NCBI GenBank assembly: GCA_031555935.1
Contig: JAVBTX010000023.1
Location: 370-64,369, forward strand
Source of the DNA: Lachnospiraceae bacterium
Lineage (GTDB): Bacteria; Bacillota; Clostridia; Lachnospirales; Lachnospiraceae
DNA: 64,000 nucleotides
Reading direction: 5' to 3'
How positions within the stretch are numbered: the first letter of the stretch is position 1; each line of letters begins with the position of its first letter. The position numbers and the translations under genes are program-made. The notes under the pieces are model-generated. The model was not told where the DNA came from and did not search any database. It was given only the letters and a program-made list of their open reading frames with translations. This document shows, piece after piece, positions 53,219 through 62,042 of this stretch.

Positions 53219-54688
53219 ATGGCAAAAGCAAAACTTGTTATTATTGGTGCCGGTATTTCTGGTTTAAGCGCAGGTATCTATGCTGCTAAAAGCGGTTTTG
53301 ACGTAACGATTGTGGAACAACACACCATTCCGGGCGGAATGTGTACTAGCTGGCGGCGGAACGGTTATTTATTTGAAGGTTCAATGCACTGGCTCACCGG
53401 CTCAAGTCCAAAGGTTGCACTAAATCAGCTCTGGCGAGAGACTGGTGCCTTATCGCCGGATGTCAAAGTCTTTTATCCGGAGCCATTTGCCTCAGTCGAA
53501 TGGGAAGATAAGACTATTCATCTATACCGCGATATGGAAAAGACCAGAAAGCATTTTTTAGAAATTGCTCCTGAGGATACGGCTGCAATTAATAAGATGA
53601 TTAAAGATGTTAAAAATCTGGCTGGTATGCAAATGCCAATCACTGATATTAAGGGATTAAAATGCGAGCATCCAATGAAGTTAAAATTGGGAACAATTGC
53701 CGCGATGTTTCCGGCCTTTCCGGTAATGGGCAAGATTGCTAAGATGACCTGTGGTGAATATCTGAATCAGTTTAAAAATCCCGCCCTTAAAAAAGCTCTT
53801 AGCTTTTTACCAACCGAATACTCCGCTACTGCTTTGCTTTTTACTTTGGTCACACTGACCAGTGGCGATGGTGGTTTTCCAGAAGGCGGCTCGATTCCGA
53901 TGATTCAGCGAATGGTTAAAACCTTTAAAGGTTATGGCGGAAGCTTACGCTTAGGGACCAAAGTTGATAAAGTACTGACCCAAAATGGTTCTGTTGTTGG
54001 TGTTTCTTTAGCTGATGAAACAATTACTGCCGATGCTGTGGTGGTTACCCAAGAGACGATTGCTGCCGTAGAGCAGCTCTTTGATACACCGCCGAGCGAC
54101 ACCTGGCTGCGAGAACTTTGTGAGAAAACCGTACCTTCCCTATGCACTTTTGTTGGTTTGGGTATTCGTGCTGAGTTAAAAAAAACACCTACCTTTACCT
54201 TAGATAAACCAATTATTTGTGGCGGTATTCCTTACCATGAGCTGCATTTTAATAACTACTACGGATATAAAGGTTTTGCACCAGAAGGCGGCACGGCTTT
54301 GACGATTCCATTTCTGGATGATACTTATGAGTTTTGGAAAAAGGCCAAGGATGAGGGACGTTATGAGCAGGAAAAAGCTGCTTTAGCGAAACAGATTAGC
54401 AATGCTCTCTGCCAGAAATTTCCACAGGTCAAGGGCAACATTGATATCATTGACATTGCTACCCCTTTGACCTACGAGCGTTATACCGGTGCTCATAAAG
54501 GCTCTTGGATGGGTCTTATGCAAGCGGGCGAAAAGCAGGTTCAATATCCGGGTTACTTAGATAGTATTAAGGGGGTTTATTTTGCCGGACACCGGATGAT
54601 GCTTCCGGGTGGAATGCCGGTTGCTCTTTACTCTGGGCGGAAGGCAGCACAGATGGTTTGTAAGCAGTTTGATGTTGTTTTTAAGTAA
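53219..54688 (+). CDS. Phytoene desaturase-like FAD/NAD(P) oxidoreductase
   Basis: IIGAGISGL, PGG.CTSW.R.GY.FE, ATPLTYERY, YFAG....PGG. Confidence 0.88.
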   Translation: MAKAKLVIIGAGISGLSAGIYAAKSGFDVTIVEQHTIPGGMCTSWRRNGYLFEGSMHWLTGSSPKVALNQLWRETGALSPDVKVFYPEPFASVEWEDKTIHLYRDMEKTRKHFLEIAPEDTAAINKMIKDVKNLAGMQMPITDIKGLKCEHPMKLKLGTIAAMFPAFPVMGKIAKMTCGEYLNQFKNPALKKALSFLPTEYSATALLFTLVTLTSGDGGFPEGGSIPMIQRMVKTFKGYGGSLRLGTKVDKVLTQNGSVVGVSLADETITADAVVVTQETIAAVEQLFDTPPSDTWLRELCEKTVPSLCTFVGLGIRAELKKTPTFTLDKPIICGGIPYHELHFNNYYGYKGFAPEGGTALTIPFLDDTYEFWKKAKDEGRYEQEKAALAKQISNALCQKFPQVKGNIDIIDIATPLTYERYTGAHKGSWMGLMQAGEKQVQYPGYLDSIKGVYFAGHRMMLPGGMPVALYSGRKAAQMVCKQFDVVFK

Positions 54689-54730
54689 ATTTTTCTATGG
54701 AGTAGCCTCATTAGTGCACCAAAAAGGCCG

Positions 54731-55216
54731 TCACATTTTGGCGGCATATTCTGTCTCTTCTTCCGATAACGTTCCTTTAAAATTTTTTTCATGAAAAAAA
54801 ATAATTGCCAACATAAATTTATCTGCGAGTCTCCCCTCTTCGTCTTCATCTAACTTCATAAATGTTGACATCAGTGCATCTTTGGCATTCTCTCTGGTCA
54901 ACAATTCTTTATAGGCATCACAATCCTTCGTTAAACATTTTATACCATATTCATAGGACGAAGCTGCTCCTATATCAATTAATAATGGAAAATCCGCTAC
55001 CGCTTGAGCAAGTTGCTCATCCGTCATTACCTCCAGGGTAGCTTCAGGTATTCGGCATTTACTAATTATTAATAGGGGACTCATTGCCCGATAGTCCGGA
55101 TATTCATAGTATCCCTCAAAACCAGGGGAACTCTTTCCATTTCCTGAACACACAAATAAAAATGTTGCACCAAATACGATTAGTATACTAAATATCTGTA
55201 ATATTTTTTTCTTCAT
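54731..55216 (-). CDS. Exported/membrane-anchored protein, paralog 2
   Basis: N-terminal hydrophobic helix; shares GFEGYYEYPD, SKCRIPE.TL.VMTDEQL.QAV.DFP, EL..R..AKDAL with 55274-55771. Confidence 0.8.
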   Translation of the reverse strand: MKKKILQIFSILIVFGATFLFVCSGNGKSSPGFEGYYEYPDYRAMSPLLIISKCRIPEATLEVMTDEQLAQAVADFPLLIDIGAASSYEYGIKCLTKDCDAYKELLTRENAKDALMSTFMKLDEDEEGRLADKFMLAIIFFHEKNFKGTLSEEETEYAAKM

Positions 55217-55273
55217 TTCCGCTACTTTCTCCATACAAATAACGATTCTACTATAAACTTTTTTCTTTATCGA

Positions 55274-55771
55274 TTAGCTCCAACTATCTAAATACTCCAT
55301 TTCTTCCTCGGAAAATGTACCTCGAAAACTTCTTTCATGAAGAAGAATATCGTATAAATCATATAACGTCATTGTCTCATCGTCTGTTCTTTCTTCATTA
55401 TCCCTCAATTGCTTGAACCTTGTAAATAATGCATCTTTGGCTCCTGCTCTGGAAATCAGTTCATTATATGCGTCAGAATTTCTTTTCAAAGATTCCAAAT
55501 CATAATCTGCTATTGGTGAAAACCTTATATTCATCAGCCGAGGAAAGTCCAATACTGCTTGCACTAATTGCTCATCTGTCATTACCTTTAGCGTGTCTTC
55601 GGGTATTCGGCATTTACTAAATATTAATAAATCACTCATTCCTTTAGTATCTGGATATTCATAATAGCCCTCGAAACCAGATGCATCTTTTCCATTACCT
55701 ATGCCTATAAATAAAATGACTATGCTGATTAAGATTACTATGCTGAAGCTCTGTAATATTTTTTTCTTCAT
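55274..55771 (-). CDS. Exported/membrane-anchored protein, paralog 1
   Basis: Tandem paralog of 54731-55216. Confidence 0.8.
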   Translation of the reverse strand: MKKKILQSFSIVILISIVILFIGIGNGKDASGFEGYYEYPDTKGMSDLLIFSKCRIPEDTLKVMTDEQLVQAVLDFPRLMNIRFSPIADYDLESLKRNSDAYNELISRAGAKDALFTRFKQLRDNEERTDDETMTLYDLYDILLHERSFRGTFSEEEMEYLDSWS

Positions 55772-55776
55772 ACATT

Positions 55777-55962
55777 CTACCTTCTCCAAGCAGATATTGT
55801 GCTTTTATTATAGTCACTGGGAACATTTGTAATGGTGTGGCTGAAAACACCATCCTTTCCCCATTTTGACTTCACCATTCGTGTTGCTATTGGTATTCCA
55901 GATGCCCCATCTGTCATATATGCACTTGGATTTTCAACCCACACTAAATCCTTTACCACCAT
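55777..55962 (-). pseudogene. C-terminal remnant of an SKWG-motif (papain-like, possibly toxin) protein
   Basis: WVENPSAYMTDG...VKSKWG..GVFSH; in-frame stop about 20 codons upstream; stop lies 5 nt from the paralog 1 start. Confidence 0.5.
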
Positions 55963-56040
55963 TATCCAACCATCACCATTTTTTTCAATGCCTTTGTTGA
56001 CCTTCTTGTTAGAACTCGCTCTTTATCGACAAGATTCGAC

Positions 56041-56072
56041 AAAAAACGACCGCCACATCTTCAGTGACGGTC
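56041..56072 (-). terminator. Terminator after the TA pair
   Basis: GACCGTCAC..GTGGCGGTC stem plus T6 on the minus strand. Confidence 0.75.
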
Positions 56073-56088
56073 ATTCTTACCCTACTTG

Positions 56089-56319
56089 TTACGCTACCTC
56101 TGTATATTCAATAACAGAGATTTCTTGTCTTATTTCACGGACGGTATCAATAATTTCTTCTAACCGATCAGAAACTTCATCCGTATAGTAAGTTTCTCCG
56201 CATTGCTGACAAACCAATGCTGGCACTTTCTTAATAATTACTACACATTCATTTTCCAGTGTGGTAACATATGTTTTTGCGACCTCTTTTACATCACCTT
56301 TACACATAGTGCATATCAT
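56089..56319 (-). CDS. YgiT/MqsA-type zinc-finger antitoxin
   Basis: MICTMCKG...IIKKVPALVCQQCGE.YY. Confidence 0.9.
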   Translation of the reverse strand: MICTMCKGDVKEVAKTYVTTLENECVVIIKKVPALVCQQCGETYYTDEVSDRLEEIIDTVREIRQEISVIEYTEVA

Positions 56320-56320
56320 C

Positions 56321-56644
56321 TTACCTTACCACCTTTCTAGTCTTCATATCAACTTCCCATTTGTCTCTATCCGGATAATACGAAGTGATAACGCATGCGG
56401 AGCTCTCATACACACTGCATACTACATGAATATACTTTCCCGCCTTATCCTTACCCAAAATCAAACAACTTGGAACGGGTGTATCATGCGGATAATTCTC
56501 AATTATCTCACCATAATAGATACACTTACGTACATCATTCTTGGAAATTTTACGTTCTACCATTCTATGCAATGCGTGTTCACGCCAGAGAATCTGTCTA
56601 TTTTTGCATAGCCTTCTCAATTGCATAATCTCAACATTTATCAA
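56321..56644 (-). CDS. DUF4258 family putative toxin
   Basis: HALHRMVERKIS..DV, GEIIENYP....PSCLILG, IHVV, ITSYYPD..KW. Confidence 0.88.
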   Translation of the reverse strand: MINVEIMQLRRLCKNRQILWREHALHRMVERKISKNDVRKCIYYGEIIENYPHDTPVPSCLILGKDKAGKYIHVVCSVYESSACVITSYYPDRDKWEVDMKTRKVVR

Positions 56645-56760
56645 ATGTATATCATCTTCCTCTCTAGAATACTCCTATTTAATTTTTGTTTCAATAATTT
56701 ATGGGGTTTTATTTGATTTTTTGATTTATTTTAGACTTGTGAAAGAATTTAAATAAAATT

Positions 56761-56784
56761 GAGCCGCCACAGACATGACGGCTC
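56761..56784 (-). terminator. Terminator after rpsR
   Basis: GAGCCG..CGGCTC hairpin 12 nt after the stop. Confidence 0.65.
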
Positions 56785-56796
56785 ACGTTAAACTAT

Positions 56797-57060
56797 TTAA
56801 TCCTGTACATATGGCATTAAAGCAATATGACGTGCTCTCTTGATTGCTACAGTGAGAGCTCTCTGATGTTTTGCACAGTTTCCTGTGATTCTTCTTGGAA
56901 GAATTTTTCCTCTTTCAGAGATGTATCTTTTTAATTTGTTTGTATCCTTGTATTCGATTGAGCTATCTTTTCCGCAAAATACACATACTTTTTTTCTTCT
57001 GTGCATGCCGCCTCTTCTTCTCATTGGGCCATCGCCTCTATCGTTTCTATTAAAAGCCAT
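56797..57060 (-). CDS. rpsR: 30S ribosomal protein S18
   Basis: [28 protein letters not shown]. Confidence 0.98.
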   Translation of the reverse strand: MAFNRNDRGDGPMRRRGGMHRRKKVCVFCGKDSSIEYKDTNKLKRYISERGKILPRRITGNCAKHQRALTVAIKRARHIALMPYVQD

Positions 57061-57081
57061 GATAATTTACCTCCTATTAGT

Positions 57082-57531
57082 CTAGTTGAATGGTAATTCT
57101 TCATCTATTCCGTCTGGAATATTCATGAAGCCATCGCCAGCAGCACTGCTTGGTGATGGTCTGTCTGCAGGTGCAAATCCTGCGTTGTCGCCGCCAGCAT
57201 TCTTGCTTTCAGCAAACTCCTGATCTTCGATCACAACATCAGTGGTATATACTTTCTGACCGTCTTTATTGGTATAGCTTCCGGTCTGAATTCTACCGGT
57301 TACTGCAATTTTTGTTCCTTTACGCAAGTATTTCTCGGCAAATTCTGCTGCTTTGCCAAATGCAACACATCCGATAAAATCGGCTGTCTGCTGTGCATCA
57401 CCGCCATCACGACGAGCGCCTCTACGATCTACTGCGATTGTATATCTGGCAATTGCCATCTGATTATCTCCATTGGAATAACGCACCTCTGGATCTCTTG
57501 TCAAACGTCCCATAAGTATAACTTTATTCAT
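57082..57531 (-). CDS. ssb: Single-stranded DNA-binding protein
   Basis: MNKVILMGRLTRDPE; acidic tail DEELPF. Confidence 0.98.
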   Translation of the reverse strand: MNKVILMGRLTRDPEVRYSNGDNQMAIARYTIAVDRRGARRDGGDAQQTADFIGCVAFGKAAEFAEKYLRKGTKIAVTGRIQTGSYTNKDGQKVYTTDVVIEDQEFAESKNAGGDNAGFAPADRPSPSSAAGDGFMNIPDGIDEELPFN

Positions 57532-57554
57532 ACCACTATCTCCTTTTCTCTATT

Positions 57555-57845
57555 CTATGCCTCGTCTTTACGAACGATTAAGAAACGAAGTACATTGTCC
57601 ATGATACGAATGTTCTGCTCTACCTGTGCTGGAACTTCTGCTGCACTTTCGAACTGAATGAAGTAGTAGAATCCGTCGTTCATTTTCTGAATTTCGTAAG
57701 CTAATCTTTTCTTACCCCACTCTTCAACTTCCGTTACACTACCGTCCAAACGAGTAATATACTCTTTTGCTTTCTCTACGGTTGCGATTCTGACATCGTC
57801 TTCGATCTTGGCATTCACAATCAATGTTAATTCATATTTGTTCAT
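57555..57845 (-). CDS. rpsF: 30S ribosomal protein S6
   Basis: YEL..I, WGKKRLAYEI; rpsF-ssb-rpsR order. Confidence 0.97.
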   Translation of the reverse strand: MNKYELTLIVNAKIEDDVRIATVEKAKEYITRLDGSVTEVEEWGKKRLAYEIQKMNDGFYYFIQFESAAEVPAQVEQNIRIMDNVLRFLIVRKDEA

Positions 57846-57851
57846 GCTGTT

Positions 57852-57900
57852 TTCCTCCTTTTGGTCTCTGGCCTCCCATCGATGTGAGAAGCAAGGAATT
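57852..57900 (-). promoter_or_regulatory. S6:S18 ribosomal protein leader
   Basis: TTCCTTGC-stem-GGCC-AGAGACCAAAAGGAGG; anti-SD pairing and CCR motif upstream of rpsF. Confidence 0.6.
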
Positions 57901-57966
57901 ATAATATATCACAAGTGGTTATGATACCATAACTTTTTCCCTAAGGCAAGCTTTTTTCTGTATTTT

Positions 57967-58683
57967 CTACAAATTTTTGATGATTAAGGATAGCCCTGAA
58001 ACAATCAGAAATAATAGTACCAGGCGCTTGGCCAGCTTTTCATTTACAATCCGGGATAGCCCCATTCCGCTCAACAGCCCTAAGAGCATCACCGGCAAAA
58101 GCACGAGTGCACTCCGGGCTATTTCTAACGTTATGATGCCAGTCGCTATGTATGTGATTACCCGAACGGTATTTTCAACACAGAAAACGAGACAGAGATT
58201 GCCCTTAAATTCATGGGTATTTTCTGTGGTTCTGCTGACGTAGGCCGCCATTAAGGCACCAATGCCAAACAAGCCGCATAAGGCGCCGGATATAATTCCG
58301 ATGACTGCCATGACCAGTTTGGAGGACTGGTGCTTTTTGACCACTCGCTCGCGCAGAAACATTTCTATCGCAATCATGATTATGACAAATCCAAGAATGA
58401 TTTTTAGCAGTCTGGTATCGCCGCTTTTCAAAAATAAAGCCCCCGGTATACTTCCAGCCAATATCAGGAAGATTAACGGCAGGCTTTTTTTCAACGATAC
58501 CGATTTTCGCTCTTTCCACGTGATAATGAAATTCGAGGGATATCCGACGAGCAATTCGATTGGTGAAATATTGATATTGTTATGGGCAAAGCTTGTGATG
58601 CTGTCAAACACAATGGTGTTGGCAAAACCGCACAGCCCTTTTATCGTAAATGCCAGATATGTGGCAAGCACTAGTAACCACAT
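57967..58683 (-). CDS. TauE/SafE family membrane protein
   Basis: About eight TM segments; GLCGF, G..SG.L.GLFGIG. Confidence 0.85.
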   Translation of the reverse strand: MWLLVLATYLAFTIKGLCGFANTIVFDSITSFAHNNINISPIELLVGYPSNFIITWKERKSVSLKKSLPLIFLILAGSIPGALFLKSGDTRLLKIILGFVIIMIAIEMFLRERVVKKHQSSKLVMAVIGIISGALCGLFGIGALMAAYVSRTTENTHEFKGNLCLVFCVENTVRVITYIATGIITLEIARSALVLLPVMLLGLLSGMGLSRIVNEKLAKRLVLLFLIVSGLSLIIKNL

Positions 58684-58877
58684 TACGGTTCCTCTTTCTT
58701 TCGTAAGCCCTTGGTGTTCTTCTCCACCAATGTTCTGGCAACCATAATCTGATGCTCACAGCCTAAGCACTTTAGCCGAAAATCTGCTCCGACTCGCAAT
58801 ATTTCCCACTCTTGACTGCCGCATGGGTGCTTTTTTTTCAGTTTGACGATGTCGCCTACTTCATATTGATATGCCAT
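58683..58877 (-). CDS. DUF951 family protein
   Basis: GDIVKLKKKHPCGS.EWEILRVGADFRLKC.GC.H. Confidence 0.92.
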   Translation of the reverse strand: MAYQYEVGDIVKLKKKHPCGSQEWEILRVGADFRLKCLGCEHQIMVARTLVEKNTKGLRKKEEP

Positions 58878-58916
58878 TTTTAATCTCCATTTCAATTTCC
58901 CAAATATGGGAAATTT

Positions 58917-59639
58917 TTATATTGTTATCTGGGAAAATACTGCCCCAATACTTTCTGCAATCAGAATATCCGCGTGGCTATCCTTTGGCGTTGCTGATTT
59001 GTTAATCACGACTAGCTTTTCACCCTGATAGTAATCAATCAGCCCTGCTGCCGGGTAGACAGCGAGAGACGTTCCGCCGATAATTAGCATGTCGGCATGA
59101 CTGATATAGTACACGGCCTCTTCTAATGTCTTTTGGTTTAGGCCTTCTTCATACAGCACCACATCCGGCTTTATCGCTCCGCCGCATTTATCGCACATTG
59201 GGATTCCTTCTGATGTTACGATATACTCTGCATCAAACAGCTTCCCACACGACTGACAGTAATTGCGATGGACACTGCCATGCAGTTCTAACACGTTATT
59301 GCTTCCGGCTGCTTGATGCAATCCATCAATATTCTGAGTGATGATTGCTTTTAATTTTCCCGCTTGTTCTAGTTCTGCTAATTTCTGATGTGCCAGATTG
59401 GGCTTCGCATCCGGGCAAAGCATCTTCTGACGATAGAAACGATAAAACTCTTCCGTCTGAGCCAGATAAAACGAATGGCTTAAGATGGTTTCCGGTGGGT
59501 ATTCGTATTGCTGATGGTAGAGTCCGTCGACACTACGAAAATCCGGGATTCCGCTTTCTGTTGAAACACCAGCCCCGCCGAAAAACACAATATTTTCAGA
59601 TTCCTTTACCAGCTCTAAAAATCGCGCTACTTCACTCAT
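58917..59639 (-). CDS. cobB: NAD-dependent protein deacylase (Sir2/CobB)
   Basis: GAGVSTESGIPDFR, ITQNIDGLH, ELHG (catalytic His), KPDVVLY. Confidence 0.9.
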   Translation of the reverse strand: MSEVARFLELVKESENIVFFGGAGVSTESGIPDFRSVDGLYHQQYEYPPETILSHSFYLAQTEEFYRFYRQKMLCPDAKPNLAHQKLAELEQAGKLKAIITQNIDGLHQAAGSNNVLELHGSVHRNYCQSCGKLFDAEYIVTSEGIPMCDKCGGAIKPDVVLYEEGLNQKTLEEAVYYISHADMLIIGGTSLAVYPAAGLIDYYQGEKLVVINKSATPKDSHADILIAESIGAVFSQITI

Positions 59640-59688
59640 TTTTACACCTCATGCATAAACTGCTTAAATAGAAAATAAAAATTTATTT

Positions 59689-60546
59689 TTATTTTAATAC
59701 CTCGTCTTTTACCTTATCCCATTCTTGCATCGTCCATTCATTTGTCTTTACGGCATGCACCAAGAACCGATAGTCTTCGCCTGAGCGCGTACACGTCATC
59801 AATGATACCATGTGCTTACTGGAGTCTACTTCTACGCCGGTATCATATACAGAACGTTGCTTGATTTTATTTAAGTAATTCTGGTAGCTATCAGCGGAGG
59901 AAAATTTGTTAGTAAATGTATCCTCCTGCTCATAGACATTGGCCTCATAGCAAGAAAAGATGGTATAGTAGCTAACGCCTTCGGGCGTATAGATATAAAA
60001 TCCTGGGTTTTCTTTATAAAATGACTCTTCAGAATATTCCGTCAACAGACCAAACATGCTCTTGTCCTTCATCTTATGTCCATAAATAAAGGTATTAAAA
60101 TCGCTGTAGTCTGGACTATTGTTGTAATCCATAAAAATACTTGCGGCAGTTCTGACATTGCCATAGAACGTATGGGTCAAATAATAGTCATTGTCTGTTC
60201 CCTGGACGATTGGATAGCTGATTTTGAGTGTCTCATAACGAATCCATCCGACACAATCTGGGTTTATTTCGTGCAGCTTTTCAAAATCCACCGAAAATCC
60301 CTTTTCCTGTGCCTCTAAGGAATTGACCAGCTCCCGCATTTCTGTGTCTAACAGCGTATACTCTGTATCATCTTCTGTGACTGCAATATATTCCTCCAGC
60401 TGTTCATACTCTTTATCTGCCGTATAATAGTTCCAAGCGATGCCAATTAACTTTACTGCTGAAAAAATAAATACTGCCAATGATATTACAAAAATAATTC
60501 CATATATAATTTGCTTCTTGTCTTTCTTCCATTCTAGTTTTTTCAT
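59689..60546 (-). CDS. Class B sortase
   Basis: N-terminal TM, YPIVQG.DN.YYL, YGH, LMTC...R. Confidence 0.88.
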   Translation of the reverse strand: MKKLEWKKDKKQIIYGIIFVISLAVFIFSAVKLIGIAWNYYTADKEYEQLEEYIAVTEDDTEYTLLDTEMRELVNSLEAQEKGFSVDFEKLHEINPDCVGWIRYETLKISYPIVQGTDNDYYLTHTFYGNVRTAASIFMDYNNSPDYSDFNTFIYGHKMKDKSMFGLLTEYSEESFYKENPGFYIYTPEGVSYYTIFSCYEANVYEQEDTFTNKFSSADSYQNYLNKIKQRSVYDTGVEVDSSKHMVSLMTCTRSGEDYRFLVHAVKTNEWTMQEWDKVKDEVLK

Positions 60547-60660
60547 TGCCTTATCCTTCTTCTTTGTATATTTGTCATAGTTTAGATTATAACATTTTGA
60601 TTATTTATTTTCAATTTGTCTGGGCAAAAAAATAAAGCCCTGAGATATCAAGGCTTTTAG

Positions 60661-60734
60661 TTGCGGGAATAGGATTTGAACCTATGACCTTCGGGTTATG
60701 AGCCCGACGAGCTTCCAGACTGCTCCATCCCGCG
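60661..60734 (-). tRNA. tRNA-fMet (initiator, anticodon CAT), CCA not encoded
   Basis: CGCGGGATGGAGCAGTCTGGAAGCTCGTCGGGCTCATAACCCGAAGGTCATAGGTTCAAATCCTATTCCCGCAA; C1:A72 mismatch and three G-C pairs in the anticodon stem. Confidence 0.97.
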
Positions 60735-60753
60735 ATATATAACTGCAAAGCTT

Positions 60754-60782
60754 ATTATAAACCTTTGCAGTTTAATTGTCAA
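60754..60782 (-). promoter_or_regulatory. Consensus sigmaA promoter of the tRNA gene
   Basis: TTGACA-N17-TATAAT. Confidence 0.8.
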
Positions 60783-60798
60783 ATAATACTATTTTTTC

Positions 60799-61731
60799 CT
60801 ATTCTCCTTCAAATAACGGCGTTGAGAAATAGCGTTCGGCAGTATCTGGCAAGACCGTTACGACTGTCTTTCCTGGTCCTAGTTTTTCAGCCAGCTTTAG
60901 TGCCGCTGCAACGTTAGTTCCACTCGAAATTCCACACATAATTCCTTCCAAGCGAGCCAAATCCTTTGCCGTTTGAATGGCTTCATCATCGGTTACGATA
61001 TAGATATCATCGAATATCTTCTGGTTTAAAATAGCTGGTATCAAACCGTCGCCGATTCCCATCTGCATATGTGTACCTATCGTTCCGCCAGCTAAAATTG
61101 CCGCGTGTTCTGGTTCCACTGCCCATATCATTATATCCGGATTCAGTGCTTTTAATACTTCACCAATTCCAGTGATTGTTCCACCCGTTCCAATACCCGA
61201 ACAAAAACCATCAATCGGACCTGCCACTTGCTCTAAAATTTCCAGCCCGGTGTGATGTCTATGTACCATCGGATTGGCTTCATTTTCAAACTGCTGCGGC
61301 ACAAATACATTTGGATTTTCTGCTTTCATCCGCAGTGCTGTCTGCAAACATTCTTCAATGCAGTCACCGATATTCCCCGCATCGTGAACGAGTACTACCT
61401 CGGCCCCATAATGACGAACTAGCTTGCGGCGTTCTTCACTAACAGAATCTGGCATTATGATGATGGTACGGTAACCTCTGACCGCACCAATCAGTGAAAG
61501 TCCAATTCCTTGGTTACCACTGGTTGGCTCTACAATAATGGTATCCTGGTTAATAATACCCTTTTTCTCTGCGTCCACTATCATATTATATGCGGTTCTT
61601 GTTTTTATAGAACCACCGACATTCAGTCCTTCGAATTTTACCAGCACTTCTGCATTTCCCGGCTTGTTCATGCGGTTTAGGCGAACCATTGGAGTATGCC
61701 CAATCGCTGCTAATACGTCATTGTATATCAT
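60799..61731 (-). CDS. cysK: Cysteine synthase (O-acetylserine sulfhydrylase)
   Basis: IGHTPMV, GSIK.R (PLP Lys), EPTSGN.G, GIGTGGT, QMGIG. Confidence 0.88.
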   Translation of the reverse strand: MIYNDVLAAIGHTPMVRLNRMNKPGNAEVLVKFEGLNVGGSIKTRTAYNMIVDAEKKGIINQDTIIVEPTSGNQGIGLSLIGAVRGYRTIIIMPDSVSEERRKLVRHYGAEVVLVHDAGNIGDCIEECLQTALRMKAENPNVFVPQQFENEANPMVHRHHTGLEILEQVAGPIDGFCSGIGTGGTITGIGEVLKALNPDIMIWAVEPEHAAILAGGTIGTHMQMGIGDGLIPAILNQKIFDDIYIVTDDEAIQTAKDLARLEGIMCGISSGTNVAAALKLAEKLGPGKTVVTVLPDTAERYFSTPLFEGE

Positions 61732-61856
61732 ATTGTTATCCTCATTTTTCCTATTGGTTTGATTACTTTTGCATTATAGCATAATTTGGGGCTTGTGTTA
61801 CCAAGAATTTAAATAAATATTGTCATATACAATGGAAGTGTTATTTTTGTTTCATT

Positions 61857-61975
61857 CATCCCTAGACTTGACCTCAATCTATTCCTTACTTTTACCCTTT
61901 TCTAAAGTCTATTTGCCATGACTTGTCCATTACTTCTCATCAAAAAGTATTAGTTGAAAAGTCAAGTTTGGGGTG
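61857..61975. repeat. Imperfect 25-bp inverted repeat pair
   Basis: CATCCCTAGACTTGACCTCAATCTA ... TAGTTGAAAAGTCAAGTTTGGGGTG. Confidence 0.5.
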
Positions 61976-62042
61976 ATATGCTATAAATAGTATGTTTATG
62001 TGTATGAGATACTACAGTGCACTTAAAATAGGAGGTTACGCA

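Noticed and set aside
58917-59639. Second sirtuin as a defence-type SIR2 or partner of the SirTM module
   Set aside because: It has the ordinary deacylase motifs with the catalytic His, sits among housekeeping genes, and is 57 kb away.
60600-60734. tRNA-fMet as an island integration site
   Set aside because: No integrase nearby and no duplicated tRNA 3' end seen in the window; flanking genes look chromosomal.
61731-62040. T-box or SAM riboswitch upstream of cysK
   Set aside because: No T-box consensus (AAGGTGGNACC) or S-box motifs found.
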